64,000 nt of DNA from Thermovirgaceae bacterium (lineage in GTDB: Bacteria > Synergistota > Synergistia > Synergistales > Thermovirgaceae), in NCBI GenBank assembly GCA_040767805.1, contig JAXGNU010000005.1, positions 52,701-116,700 on the forward strand, given 5' to 3'. Positions 1-10,738 of the stretch are shown piece by piece. How positions within the stretch are numbered: position 1 is the first letter of the stretch; the number at the start of each line of letters is the position of its first letter. A model generated the notes under the pieces. That model searched no databases. It was not told where the DNA came from and worked only from the letters and a program-made list of their open reading frames with translations. Both the position numbers and the translations under genes were made by a program.

Positions 1-138
1 ATCTTGGAGGAATTGAAAGGACTTTTTATATAAAAGAAGGTAATTACTCAACGGCCTGTTGCCCAAATAGCGTTTCTTGAGGTGGAAGTACCTGAATACC
101 CTTAAAATCAGTGTAGGCAGCGCAAGGGGGTGCTCTCC

Positions 139-334
139 ATGATGGGTATTCAAGAACCCGACGGCGGCAAATTCTTTTACACCAACATAAGAATCGCTCA
201 AAGGGTCCGCAGGGACCACCCTCTCCGGGAGATAGCGGCGAGGGTGGACTTTGACTTCATCTAAAGCGAAGTGGCGGACAAATACGGGACGAGGGACAAC
301 GTATCGGTTCCTCCCCCGGTGATACTGAAGCTGA
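139..334 (+). pseudogene. IS1182/IS5-like transposase, N-terminal piece A (split by an IS256-like insertion; in-frame TAA)
   Basis: Own translation from ATG 139: MMGIQEPDGGKFFYTNIRIAQRVRRDHPLREIAARVDFDFI*SEVADKYGTRDNVSVPPPVILKL. This fits the DUF772-type transposase N-terminus (DHPLR..VD..FI...Y...P..P..L.K). The frame resumes at 1701. Confidence 0.7.
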
Positions 335-1700
335 GATAACGTACAATATTTTTCGCACAATCTTGTTCAATAAGGTGCAGCAGTCCCTGAAGGTGTGGGT
401 TTTATCTTAAGACGGCAAGAACTTACCCCTGGGCGGGGGCTGCATATGAATATCACAAAAAAAGCGTGTGAGACACGGCCGGTTTCTAAAATCATCAGCA
501 TTGACAGGGAGAGATCCGCAATCATCTTGACCAGATGGTGAAGAATAGTGGAAGACACGCTGAACAGTCTCCTGGACGCCAGGCTTGACGCTTTGTGCAA
601 GGCCACACCCCGATATGACGTTCCCCAGACCGTGTGGATACCAGAACGGGGCCCACTACACCAGGCAGCTGCAGCCACGAAGGCCATGCCAGTGACCCTC
701 CGGATGCCCCGCTCAGGGCGCAGGGCAGGCACCACGAACTCCATAATAAGGCCTGCACGGAGGAGACTCAAACCCAGAGAGGCCATGATTGGATGTATCA
801 CCGGTGTATCCCGTGAGGCGTGTTGAAGATGGAGAACCAGGTAAGCCCCTCGACCGCCAGCAACATGAACCAGAAGACATGGCCATATAGAAAGCTGGAG
901 AAATCGTCCTTGAGAAGAGCACCCTATCTGTCTCTTGGCTGGAGATCTGAAGAAAGAGAAGCTGGGGAGACGAGGTTGAGAACGTATCCATGCAAGTGGC
1001 GATAGAGGAGAGAGAATAGACAACGAAAATTTGAAAAAGTTATCGGCATGTGCTGAAAGAGCACAAATTGAACACTTGAGAAGGAAAGGGCTGAAGAGTG
1101 TTACCTCTTCATCTCTGATAAATGCTCGGGCACTTGTGGATGCCCGCAGTGGCTTTCACAGATCTAGGTGGCAAGTGCGCGGTTCATTTCTATCGCAACG
1201 TATTCACCGTAACTCCCCGTGGCAAGATGCGCATGTGTGGCGGGTTGCTGGGGCGATTCACGCTGAAGATGCCAAGGCTGCGAAAAAAAGCGGAGGGACA
1301 GTGGTGTGAAACTTGCGGGAAATGTCTTCGAAAGAGGCTCGCGAGATAGTAAAAAAAGGCTCGGACCTCAGCTATAACTCCCCCGGAGCACCGCGGAAAT
1401 CTCAGGACGAACAATCGAGCGAATTAACCGCGAGATCCGGCACCAGGAGCGCACGCAGGTGGTGGGCGCTTTCCCGGACGGCAATTCGGCCCTCATGCTG
1501 GTCCGGTATGAGACAAGACGCCTGAAATCTGCAAATGGGGAACTCGAAAGTACGCCGGACGCCGGGCTTATATGCATACGAAAGGGATCGTGAACCTGAG
1601 GTTATGGCCGGATGCGTTTAATAAAATGACACCCCTATTCGGGGAGACTGCTGAATATTAAGCCCGAGAAAAAAATGTGCGAAAAATTCTTGACACTACC
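335..1700 (+). mobile_element. IS256-family insertion sequence (decayed), about 1.37 kb
   Basis: Imperfect terminal inverted repeats: left gataacgtacaatatttttcgcaca (335-359) against the reverse complement of the right end ggtagtgtcaagaatttttcgcaca (1676-1700), 18/25 identical with a perfect inner 12-mer. Flanked by direct AAGCTGA copies (328-334 and 1701-1707). Encloses IS256-type transposase fragments. Confidence 0.75.
446..1600 (+). pseudogene. IS256-family (mutator-type) transposase, multiply frameshifted
   Basis: Family motifs are scattered over all three plus frames: LNSLLDARLDALCKA.RY (548-826 ORF), VSPST..YPYL-like (820-1005), WQ.CAVHFYRNVFTVTPRGKM (1122-1349), PPEHR.NLRTNN and RTQVVGAFPDGNSALMLV (about 1380-1510). 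No single intact frame exists. Confidence 0.75.
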
Positions 1701-1989
1701 AAGCTGATGCTTCTTTTGGTCTTTTACAACGTCCGGTCCGAGCGTGAGCTCATGGCTACCCTTCCGGAGAGGCTGGACTGGCTCTGGTTCCTGGGTTACG
1801 ACCTCGACACGAAAATCCCCGACCACAGCGTCCTCTCCAAGGCTCGGAAGCGCTGGAGGGCGGAGGTGTTCAGGAACTTCTTCGAGCGGATAGTTTTCCA
1901 GTGCGTTGAGGCAGGTTGGTGAACGGCGGCAAGATCTTTGTCGACGCCAGCCTTGTCGAAGCCGACGGGTCGAACAACTCGTTCTAGTG
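1701..1989 (+). pseudogene. IS1182/IS5-like transposase, piece B (frameshifted, truncated at the island edge)
   Basis: KLMLLLVFYNVRSERELMATLPERLDWLWFLGYDLDTKIPDHSVLSKARKRW..FFERIVFQCVEAG, then after a frameshift LVNGGKIFVDASLVEADGSNNSF*. Joining 334 to 1701 gives ..PPVILKLMLLLVFYNVRSEREL, the family pattern. The DDE domain is missing. Confidence 0.75.
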
Positions 1990-2044
1990 ATGACTAAGCA
2001 CAACCTTAATCTATGTCAAATATTACTAACAAAGTATTGGTACG

Positions 2045-3724
2045 TTATGAAAATCGGTCTTCCATCATAGCACCAAGATGTGCCTGTAGTGCATTGTTAG
2101 CGTAAATGCCAACTATGCCACATTCTTTCTTCTCAGGTTTCTCCCAACTTTCAATACGTTTTGTAATCTCATCTTTCGAAACGTCAAGGTCGACGGTACG
2201 ATTTACAATATCAATCTTAAGGACATCACCATCTTGAATTACGCCAATTACTCCGCCAATTGCTGCCTCAGGTGAGACATGTCCAATTGCCATTCCTTCC
2301 GTAAAACCCGAGAAACGGCCATCTGTGAGGACAAAAACGTCATGTCCCATACCTTTTCCCACCAATGCATCTGTTGTGAGCATAACTTCTCTCATGCCTG
2401 GAGCTCCGCGTGGCCCTTCATATCTGATTACGACGACATCGCCAATCTTGATCGTTCCGTTAAGTACCGCCTCATGTGCATCTTCGTCACAGTCAAAGAC
2501 CTTTGCTATACCCGTAAAAGCATATTTTTCTTTTGGGATTGTCGTTGTCCTGCAAATGGCACCGTTTAGTGCAATATTGCCTTTCATTACCGCTATGCCT
2601 CCATTGGGGAAGACGGGATTGTCCACGGTCGTTATAACGTTACAATCACGAGATTTTGATTTTTCTGAAATTTGTCCTATCGTTAGCCCTGATACTGTTA
2701 TGCAATCCTTATGTAGGAATTGCTTTATCTCGCCCATCAAAGCAGGCACACCACCAGCACGGTAAAAATCGACAACAGTTGCCATGCCCGTCGGTTTTAC
2801 TCTACTGATCACTGGCACAATTTTTGACAACCTGTCAAAATCAAGAAGCGTGAGATCAACTCCAACTTCGCGCGCAAAACTCAAGAGGTGCAATACAGCG
2901 TTAGTAGAACCGGCTACTGCCATTGTCGCCGCTATTCCATTTAAGAAAGCTGCTTTTGTCATAATATCACTAGGCTTTATGTTTTTTTCAACAAGTGTAA
3001 TAATACTACGGCCAGTTTGGGTAGCAAAGCGTTCCTTTTCTGCGTATGTTGCAGGTATTACAGAAGATCCTGGCAAAGAGAGCCCGAGCACTTCCGTAAG
3101 TATTTGCATTGTGTTCGCTGTCCCCATGAGGGAACATGCCCCAGGACCAGGACAGACATTGTTTTCAAGATATTTTATCTTTTTGTCGATTTCTTCATTG
3201 TGATCAAATTGATTACCAAAAACAATTTGATCAAGCTCGCTGATTAATGTTTGTTTATTGTTATACACACACACATCTTGGCATCCCCCCGTTATAACAA
3301 TGGTAGGAATTTTGGCACGTATTGCACCAATAATTACACCTGGTATGATGCTATCGCATGATGCTATCAACACCAGACCGTCAAAAAGATGACTGCCCGC
3401 CATAATTTCTACAGAAGATGCGACGACGTCCCTAATCATCAGTTCATGGCGGAAATATGGTGTACCTATGGATACAGTTCCACATGTAGAAATAGTGCCA
3501 AACTCGAAGGGGGTACCACCAGCTTCGAGGATTCCGTTGCGCACTCTTTTCGCAAGTCTGCCAAGATGTACATGTCCAAGAGCCGCATCGTTGGCCGTAT
3601 TTACGATGCCTATTAACGGCTTTTTCAACTCGTCATCATCGTAGCCACAACCTTTATATATTGCACGGCGTGACCCAGAACTTCTCTTGGAATATCCAAA
3701 TCTCGTATTAAGATAGTCCGTAAT
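2045..3724 (-). CDS. IlvD/Edd-family dehydratase (dihydroxy-acid/sugar-acid dehydratase paralog)
   Basis: The 527-aa track ORF (TTG at 3628) has family-typical [16 protein letters not shown] and GHV.PEA-like motifs. The open frame continues upstream with homologous sequence ([33 protein letters not shown]) but no ATG/GTG/TTG. An ATT at 3724-3722 lies 7 nt after AAAGGAGAG. The start is uncertain (3724 or 3628). Confidence 0.85.
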   Translation of the reverse strand: MTDYLNTRFGYSKRSSGSRRAIYKGCGYDDDELKKPLIGIVNTANDAALGHVHLGRLAKRVRNGILEAGGTPFEFGTISTCGTVSIGTPYFRHELMIRDVVASSVEIMAGSHLFDGLVLIASCDSIIPGVIIGAIRAKIPTIVITGGCQDVCVYNNKQTLISELDQIVFGNQFDHNEEIDKKIKYLENNVCPGPGACSLMGTANTMQILTEVLGLSLPGSSVIPATYAEKERFATQTGRSIITLVEKNIKPSDIMTKAAFLNGIAATMAVAGSTNAVLHLLSFAREVGVDLTLLDFDRLSKIVPVISRVKPTGMATVVDFYRAGGVPALMGEIKQFLHKDCITVSGLTIGQISEKSKSRDCNVITTVDNPVFPNGGIAVMKGNIALNGAICRTTTIPKEKYAFTGIAKVFDCDEDAHEAVLNGTIKIGDVVVIRYEGPRGAPGMREVMLTTDALVGKGMGHDVFVLTDGRFSGFTEGMAIGHVSPEAAIGGVIGVIQDGDVLKIDIVNRTVDLDVSKDEITKRIESWEKPEKKECGIVGIYANNALQAHLGAMMEDRFS

Positions 3725-3834
3725 GGGTAATCTCTCCTTTAAAAAATACTTAAACCTAACATTAAATATCGATTCGTTATCCTCTTTAGATACTTTAATT
3801 ACAACGTTAGGAAAAACAGAAAACTCATTTCTTG

Positions 3835-4821
3835 TTAGATTTTAATCTCGCGCCCAATTCCAGCTCTTATAGCATTGTTATAAATGTTCCATGCAGCAAC
3901 CACGTCCAGCACTGCATATCCCACCGTTTTCATCACCGTGATCTGGTTCGGATTCTGACGACCATCGATCTTACCGTCTAGAACCTCTCCAAGCTCACCG
4001 GCGATACAATCAAAACTGTACTTGCCCTCGTTGATTGGTATAATAAAATCTCCAGCTTCGGCAAATACAGATTCTTTGTTGTCAACAAATACGCGCGCCC
4101 TCCGGATTAACGATAAATCAAGTTCTCTTTTGTTTGGTGTGTATGAACCTACTCCGTTTACATGGGCCCCATATTTTATCCTTTTACCATCAAAAACTGG
4201 AGTTTCGGATGTCGTTACGGTTGTTATTACATCTGCTTCATCTGTCGCTTCTTCTGGCGAAGACGTAGCTACCAGTTTTACTCCGAATCGCTCCGCCGTA
4301 TCCATTTCTCGGGTGACGAAACTTTTTATCCTTTCTTTCGATACATCATATATTCTTACTTCTTCGATATTTCTTACCATAAGCATTGCTTCAAGCTGTC
4401 TATGCGCTTGCCCTCCAGTACCAAAAAGAGCCGCAACTTTGCTGTTATTTCTTGCAAGAATGTCAGTAGCCGCACCGGATATTGCTCCTGTCCTTATCCT
4501 TGTAACCTCTGTACCATCGATCATCGCACAAACTTCACCTGTCTCATGATCCAGCAATAATACCTGAGCAGTAACAACGGGAGTATTCTTATTTATGTTG
4601 TCCAGAAAAGTGGACACAATTTTTATTCCTATACGGTTTACATAACTCTTCACGTATGCCGGCATAAACTGTGACATGCTAGCCTCATTTACTCTAAAGC
4701 TAATGCGCACCGGAACCTCTGTCTGCCTCTGCGAATGGAGTAAAAACGCCGTTTTATTCGATTGGATTGCATCCCGCATTGTAAAAATTTTGTTAATATC
4801 CTGTGCGTCCAATAAAAGCAT
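3835..4821 (-). CDS. ornithine cyclodeaminase/mu-crystallin family NAD(P)-dependent enzyme
   Basis: 328 aa. Carries the Rossmann motif LFGTGGQA plus family-typical TGAISG and VNGVGSY segments. Confidence 0.8.
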   Translation of the reverse strand: MLLLDAQDINKIFTMRDAIQSNKTAFLLHSQRQTEVPVRISFRVNEASMSQFMPAYVKSYVNRIGIKIVSTFLDNINKNTPVVTAQVLLLDHETGEVCAMIDGTEVTRIRTGAISGAATDILARNNSKVAALFGTGGQAHRQLEAMLMVRNIEEVRIYDVSKERIKSFVTREMDTAERFGVKLVATSSPEEATDEADVITTVTTSETPVFDGKRIKYGAHVNGVGSYTPNKRELDLSLIRRARVFVDNKESVFAEAGDFIIPINEGKYSFDCIAGELGEVLDGKIDGRQNPNQITVMKTVGYAVLDVVAAWNIYNNAIRAGIGREIKI

Positions 4822-4856
4822 TAATATTTCCTCAACCTATTATTATTAAAACTATT

Positions 4857-5594
4857 TTAGAGGTGCCCTTCATATTGCTTCGGGGTAACTGCGTTATATA
4901 CGTGTTTAATCATCGTTATAAAATCATAGATTGGAAGGCCTGTGTGATCGTGGAGCAGTTTCGCATACGGAGGTAGGTCGCTGCATTCAAGAAGAATCGC
5001 ACCGATGGTCCCTTCTCTCTCTATCATCTCATCAACAACCTCAATGATCTCTTTCTGCATTAGCTCATTGTCAAGTGTGCCCCTACAATGAAGAATGGCT
5101 TCAAGGAATTCAGGCTTATTCTCCATGCCGTAAACGACAACAGGCATATCTTCAGTGACACCAACACTGCGGAAATGACTAGTGGTGAGCTTTGATTTAT
5201 TAGCTGTAATGACCCCCAATTTCTGTCTTGAACTTAAGGTCTGTACTATAAAAGGTATCTGTAACAAACTTGAAAGGAACACGGGAACATCAACGGCATC
5301 CGCAACTTCCTTTTGGAAAAGGGCCATAAAACCACATGCTCCTGTTATTGCGCGTACGCCTTCTCTTTCCAGCTGCTTTGCACCTTCGACAAAAGCGGAC
5401 ACCAAACTTTTGTCAGCCTGATAAACCATCCTTTGCGTATCCGCTCCCTTAACTTCATGGTACCTTACTGGAAATGGATAGGTATTAGCATTTGCAACAT
5501 TTCCTGGAATATAAGGATACGCACAATCCAGCACCAGTATACCAACAGCCTCACCACTCCACGATTTACTTCTCTTATCAAGTGTGTAAATCAT
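4857..5594 (-). CDS. Asp/Glu/hydantoin-racemase superfamily protein (two-cysteine type)
   Basis: 245 aa, pseudo-symmetric, with a Cys in each half (ITGACGF and LLECSDLP), as in two-base racemases/isomerases. Confidence 0.65.
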   Translation of the reverse strand: MIYTLDKRSKSWSGEAVGILVLDCAYPYIPGNVANANTYPFPVRYHEVKGADTQRMVYQADKSLVSAFVEGAKQLEREGVRAITGACGFMALFQKEVADAVDVPVFLSSLLQIPFIVQTLSSRQKLGVITANKSKLTTSHFRSVGVTEDMPVVVYGMENKPEFLEAILHCRGTLDNELMQKEIIEVVDEMIEREGTIGAILLECSDLPPYAKLLHDHTGLPIYDFITMIKHVYNAVTPKQYEGHL

Positions 5595-5731
5595 TTTTTA
5601 ACCCTCCAAATTTTTTAATATGTATCTTTTGTTCAGTCACAAAATACCAAAGTATCTTCTGAACATCATGATGATTAATATGCGTTTTATTTGGCAGATA
5701 ATTTTTTTCGAGATAAAGTGGATTGTTTAGT

Positions 5732-7036
5732 TTATACTGTCCCCAAAACCAGCTTGGGTAACCAGAGAGAAAGCTCTGGGAAATATGTTACGGCTATCAG
5801 TGTAGGAAACCATGCGAATAATATGAACCACATTGTTGGGGGAAGCATCTCTAAAGCAGAAACTCCTGAAACTCGGGAGCCAAGGTAGAGCAAAGGGGCA
5901 CACGGCGGTGTTATAACTCCAAGACCAAGGTTTACACCAACAATTGCAGCAAGATGCACAGGGTGAACGCCGAAACTTGCCACCACAGGGACAAGGATAG
6001 GAACGCTGAGCAACATAGCTGATAGGTCATCCATGATCATCCCCAAGCCGAGAAGCATCAAGTTGATTATCAGCAATATAACTCTCGGATCCTTGCTTAT
6101 ACTCTTAAGTACGCCCATCATTAGCTCGGGAAGTTCTTGCATTATAAGCAAGCGGCTTAGAATCATTATGCCAAATGACATCACGAGGACGGAGCCAGTA
6201 GTTTCTGCCGCATCGAGAAGGGCTTCCATTAAGAATCTCAATGTTAACTTCTTGTAAAATAAAAACCCCACAGGGATAGCATAGAAAACTGCTATGGCCG
6301 CAGATTCAGTTGGCGTAAATATCCCTGAATAAGTTCCGCCAAGAACGATTATCGGCATAAGCAGAGCTGGCGTACCCCACTTAGTCTTGGTCTTTATTTC
6401 GTCCCAACGTTCTCGACCGTATTTCTTCTCCACCAGCTGTATGTTTGTGTTATTACGAAGCATTACAAGGTTCGTTATCGAAAGGGTTGTTGCAAGAAAT
6501 AAACCAGGTAAAACCGTCGCAAGGAAACAAGCTAATATTGACTGCCTTGCAACCCATGCGTAAATGATCATTGTTGAACTGGGCGGTATCAAAAGCCCAA
6601 GAGGCGCCGCATTTGTAATCAATGCCGCAGCATGGCCTTTCGGATAACCTTGATCGTACATCTTAGGCAGCATGACCGAACCAATGCACACTAGCGTAGC
6701 GTTGCAGCTTCCAGATATAGCTCCGAATACTGCTGAGGAATATACAGATACTACTCCAAGTCCTCCACGAATATTTCCGACAAATAGATCAATAAAATCT
6801 ACAAGTGCTTCCCCTATTGCACTTTTCTGCATAATATTACCTACCAGAATATAAAGGGGAACACAAAGCATCACTACAGCATTTAAGACATCGAAACCAT
6901 AAGGAAGCATAAATGAGGGATCAAGTTTCAAATGGTACACCAGGATAAAAACTGCTGTTATAAACGAATACATTACAGGGACACTTAATGTTAACATTAT
7001 AACGACAATGAGCATAGCCAGTCCGACTACAAGCAT
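5732..7036 (-). CDS. TRAP transporter large permease (DctM family)
   Basis: 434 aa, polytopic. Family motifs include GG.GVVSV..SA.FGAISGS and ITPP.APL. Confidence 0.9.
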   Translation of the reverse strand: MLVVGLAMLIVVIMLTLSVPVMYSFITAVFILVYHLKLDPSFMLPYGFDVLNAVVMLCVPLYILVGNIMQKSAIGEALVDFIDLFVGNIRGGLGVVSVYSSAVFGAISGSCNATLVCIGSVMLPKMYDQGYPKGHAAALITNAAPLGLLIPPSSTMIIYAWVARQSILACFLATVLPGLFLATTLSITNLVMLRNNTNIQLVEKKYGRERWDEIKTKTKWGTPALLMPIIVLGGTYSGIFTPTESAAIAVFYAIPVGFLFYKKLTLRFLMEALLDAAETTGSVLVMSFGIMILSRLLIMQELPELMMGVLKSISKDPRVILLIINLMLLGLGMIMDDLSAMLLSVPILVPVVASFGVHPVHLAAIVGVNLGLGVITPPCAPLLYLGSRVSGVSALEMLPPTMWFILFAWFPTLIAVTYFPELSLWLPKLVLGTV

Positions 7037-7056
7037 TTAATCATCCCCACAATACA

Positions 7057-7569
7057 TTATTCATAAATCCCAGCTTTATATTTACGAATATCTCTCGATA
7101 GATAAACAATAGAAAACAACAACATAAGAAGGTATCCAATTAATATCGCACTTTGGGGCACAAGAAGAGGTATTTTCCATATCACAGTCACTGGATTAAA
7201 TTCAAGGTCAAATAGAAGCATCTGAACTGCTAGAATAACAAGTGGAATTCCTAAGATAACCTGAATTATTTTTGAAATCAGTGAAACTATTAAACTAGTC
7301 TTTTTTGACACAAAAACAGCCAGAAAATCTGCCTTTATTTCAGTTTCTCGAAATGAGGAATAGGCGGCACCAATAAAATACATCCAAAACGCCCCAACAA
7401 GAACAAATTCTTCATAACCAATAAAATTTTTGTATAAAACATAACGAAATAATACGACAACACCCAATATTACTGTTACAAGTACAGTTGACAAAATCAT
7501 TAAAAATCTTAAGGTTTTTAAAAGAACCTTCCAGAAGATTGTGCGCTGAATTCTTTCGTCCCAGTGCAT
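7057..7569 (-). CDS. TRAP transporter small permease (DctQ family)
   Basis: Four-TM protein directly upstream of DctM. Start taken at the internal ATG 7569, preceded by GGAAGGAGAG. The longer track ORF (to 7659) adds an implausible N-terminus. Confidence 0.8.
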   Translation of the reverse strand: MHWDERIQRTIFWKVLLKTLRFLMILSTVLVTVILGVVVLFRYVLYKNFIGYEEFVLVGAFWMYFIGAAYSSFRETEIKADFLAVFVSKKTSLIVSLISKIIQVILGIPLVILAVQMLLFDLEFNPVTVIWKIPLLVPQSAILIGYLLMLLFSIVYLSRDIRKYKAGIYE

Positions 7570-7704
7570 TACTTCTCTCCTTCCTACTTCTTTCTTGCGC
7601 GAATCTCTTGTAAGAATAAGCGAAGCAACATAACATGCTTGAAAACAATGCCATGCCATGTTGCCTCGCTCATGTTTAAAATTGGGGAATAAACCTCTTC
7701 CCTG

Positions 7705-8715
7705 TTATTTTGTGATATAGGCGACAATCGAATCCATCAGTTCTTTAGAAAAAGTATCGGAATACTTTGGCCATATTGTATCGCGAGCGAGTTTCGCCAT
7801 AAACTCCCTTTCGTTTTGAGTAGGTTCTATCACCTCTATACCAAATTCTTTCATTTCTGCGATATATTGGTTATGGCTCCTTTCTGCTTCCGCGTTCGTC
7901 CACTTTGCGACTTCCGCAAAAGCTTCTCTCATTATTTTCTGATTCTTTTCACCAAGTGCTTCCCATGCCTTTTTGCTTATGACGTAATCATTAAGTGCAA
8001 AAACGCAGTCATAAGTGATGTATGATCCTACAGCATCACGAAGTTCGAGAAAAACGGCTTCTGGACTGTCACCTGTATTCCCGTTGATGACGTTTGTCTG
8101 CATTGATGAGAAAACTTCTGTGCGAGGCAATGTAGCTACCTGATAGCCCATTGCCATGTACCACTCTCTCTTCGGGGGTGTCGCTTCAACTCTGACCGTC
8201 ATCTTTTTTGTATCTGTCGTAAAGGGCGTAGTGACAGTTTTCCCTTTTGAAATGGCGGCGCCCTGAATTCCGTCAATAACGGAACCAATATAGACAACTC
8301 CGCATTCTTCGTATGCCATCGCAAAAAATTTCGCAAAGGGTGATTCTGGTTCAAGAAGCGCATTCAACTCTTTAAAATCTTTAACAATGAATGGTAATGT
8401 TTGAATGTCAAACTTTTTGTTAAATCTCGGAGTTGCATAATTACCTTCCATATCAACGGTTCCACGAATCACTTCCTGAAACACGTTCTCGTAACTACCA
8501 AGCTGACTTGATGGGAAAACTCTAATCTCGACTTCCCCGTTTGTACGTTCTTTCATTATTCGAGCAAATTTTTCATAGCCTTCTGTTAGAAATGAGCCAG
8601 GGGGGAACAACCCAGAAAAGCGAAGTTTCAGCGGCTGTGCTTCTGCAGCCATACATAAAAATGGAACTAGGATTATTGTCAATAATACTGTGCTAACAAA
8701 CGTTTTTTTGGTCAT
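7705..8715 (-). CDS. TRAP transporter substrate-binding protein (DctP family)
   Basis: 336 aa with a signal peptide (MTKKTFVSTVLLTIILVPFLCMAAEA). First gene of a PQM operon. Confidence 0.85.
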   Translation of the reverse strand: MTKKTFVSTVLLTIILVPFLCMAAEAQPLKLRFSGLFPPGSFLTEGYEKFARIMKERTNGEVEIRVFPSSQLGSYENVFQEVIRGTVDMEGNYATPRFNKKFDIQTLPFIVKDFKELNALLEPESPFAKFFAMAYEECGVVYIGSVIDGIQGAAISKGKTVTTPFTTDTKKMTVRVEATPPKREWYMAMGYQVATLPRTEVFSSMQTNVINGNTGDSPEAVFLELRDAVGSYITYDCVFALNDYVISKKAWEALGEKNQKIMREAFAEVAKWTNAEAERSHNQYIAEMKEFGIEVIEPTQNEREFMAKLARDTIWPKYSDTFSKELMDSIVAYITK

Positions 8716-9286
8716 AATAATTACCTCCCTGCATTATCTAAATAAAAGTACGAATGAAACACTGCGTGCTATTATTCATGATCCTCTTCTCACTATCTGA
8801 GTCTGATCTAATCACCTCCATTCAAGTTCACATATTTCGCTTGTCAATCGTCTGAACCACTAGATTCTTAGTCATCTCGGTCGTAATACTCTCAGTCAGT
8901 TCGGAATTGCTTTAAATATTTAACAACTCTGAAGGATTTTATAATCTCAATTTTCCGCGCCAGGTTAGAATAACCTCCTTCCTGGACTACTTATTTCCCC
9001 TATCGTTCTCTGAACTCCCTATGGTGAATTAAAAGCAATCCAATCCTTTGCATCAAACCTTTTTCCCAAAAAGTAAGAACCAAATAAGAAGTCATGAAAT
9101 TCTCTACTTCTATGTTTTATGTGGTGGAATAAATTAAAGTTAATAATAAGGTTTTTTATACTGGCACTACCATGGATAGACCATAAATATAAGTGACTAT
9201 ACAATAGAACCATTTTTTTGTCTAGCTTCCGAGTTACCTCTGTGATCGGACAGCGGTAATTTCCCACCTCAGGGTTTTGTTAGAGA

Positions 9287-9670
9287 TTGTATCCCATGAA
9301 GGACGAGGGTGACATCAGGTTGCCCATCAAGCAGGCGCGGAGACTTCACGTTCTTGAAGAGGTGACGGGCGGGGTGATAACCAACAGGGAGGCTTCAGCC
9401 GCTTTGGGGCTGTCGGTGCGGCAGATCCAGAGGATAAAGACCGGCTACGAGGAGGCGGGAGCGTCATCGCTGGTCCACGGCAACACCGGCCGCAAGCCTT
9501 CCAACTTCATCCCTACCGACATAAGGGCCTTGGTGGCAGAGCGTGCCGTTGGCCTGTGGAAGGGAGCCAGCGCCAGCCACATGTCGGAGCTACTCTTTAC
9601 CGAAGCGGGGCGGCGGACCCGTTAAGGACCCGGCGGTGATAGCCCGGGTCCTGAAGGTGGATCATACCAA
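9287..9670 (+). pseudogene. rve-type (IS481/ISNCY-like) transposase, N-terminal HTH fragment, frameshifted and truncated
   Basis: PIKQARRLHVLEEVTGGVITNREASAALGLSVRQIQRIKTGYEEAGASSLVHGNTGRKPSN is the typical HTH N-terminus. The frame breaks near 9620 and no catalytic domain follows. It sits exactly where composition returns to GC-rich. Confidence 0.6.
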
Positions 9671-9829
9671 GGCCTTTGTTCTTTTTTCAAAGATTCTCAA
9701 ACGATTCAGCTTTGCTCACAAGGGACGACCGATTACCTGTCCCGCCTTATTTGTTTTTTGTAGAACTCAAAGGACTCAATTGAGCAACAGCTGAGCAACA
9801 GCCCGTCAAGACCTGACACCAATCAGGTC

Positions 9830-10738
9830 TTACCGGTGATAATCCTTATTCACGAGCCAGAAAGCCACAGAGCCGTCCTTTTCCCTGTAAAGGAAGACTT
9901 TGTACCGTTCTCTCTCCCAAAGGCTGCTTTTATTCGGCGAATAGGTATCGGCCGGGCCGAGGAAGCTCTCAAAAAATGCTTTCAGCCCCTCAAAGGCCTC
10001 CCTGTCCTTGGGCAATGCCGTGCCCCTCAGCATGGAGAAGGTGGAGTTTTTGAAACCGTACAGGAAAGCGCCCTTCTTCATGGGGATCCCGCCCAATTCT
10101 GAAACTTTGAGGTCCCCTTGTCCAAGGTAGTAACTGATGTTCAGGTCGTGATCCCGAGAGATGAACTGGATATTGACCGTTCCGTAGGACTTGGCTCCCC
10201 ACCTGAGGCCCTTGAATCCGTCTTCGAAGGGATCCTCCGGGGCCGGCGGGCATGACTCCTCGCCATCCAGGCCCTCCAGGAATGCCCCGGCGGAGACCAG
10301 GTTGCTCTCGTCGTCAGGGTCGTGGACTATCTGTACCCAGTTGTTGGGGCTTTCCCATCTCACGTAGTCCAACTCGGCCGAGCCTCGAGACGGGGTCCCC
10401 AGCTCCCTCTCCAGGACTTCGCACCAGGTCTCCCATTCAGCCCGCCCGGGACATCCCTCGGCCAGGAAACCCTCGAACCTGAGTTGGTTGAAGAAGAAAA
10501 GGGGGCTTTCAACGAACTTAAGACCCTTCCAGGTCCTGGCGACACTGTCGGCGCGGGCCCAGGTCAGTTGCCCCTCTTCCTCGTCGCATTCCTCGTGGTC
10601 CGACAGGTCCTGGAACTCCGAAAAGGGCTGACCCCACCGGTAGCTGTCGTAACCCTCCGGTTCATTGAAGGAAAAAGCCGGCGAGGCCGCCAACAATGTC
10701 AACAGGGTGAAAAATACCAGGGCCTTTTTCAAAGCCAT
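9830..10738 (-). CDS. hypothetical exported protein
   Basis: 302 aa with a signal peptide (MALKKALVFFTLLTLLAASPAFS). No recognised domain. The codon-position GC pattern is coding-like. Confidence 0.6.
   Translation of the reverse strand: MALKKALVFFTLLTLLAASPAFSFNEPEGYDSYRWGQPFSEFQDLSDHEECDEEEGQLTWARADSVARTWKGLKFVESPLFFFNQLRFEGFLAEGCPGRAEWETWCEVLERELGTPSRGSAELDYVRWESPNNWVQIVHDPDDESNLVSAGAFLEGLDGEESCPPAPEDPFEDGFKGLRWGAKSYGTVNIQFISRDHDLNISYYLGQGDLKVSELGGIPMKKGAFLYGFKNSTFSMLRGTALPKDREAFEGLKAFFESFLGPADTYSPNKSSLWERERYKVFLYREKDGSVAFWLVNKDYHR

Noticed and set aside
367-1023. 218-aa minus-strand ORF.
   Set aside because: It is antisense to the IS256-type transposase fragments, which have clear family motifs on the plus strand.
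9019-9267. 82-aa minus-strand ORF in the AT-rich spacer at the island edge.
   Set aside because: It has no SD, no recognisable motif and a low-complexity AT-driven composition (K/N/I/F/L). It is probably non-coding promoter or scar sequence.
9781-9802. Tandem duplication tgagcaacagc x2 and a nearby hairpin aagacctga..tcaggtctt (9800-9828).
   Set aside because: The hairpin lacks a U-tract on the relevant strand and the 11-bp duplication is too small to interpret. They are noted only as a possible weak terminator or scar next to the transposase remnant.
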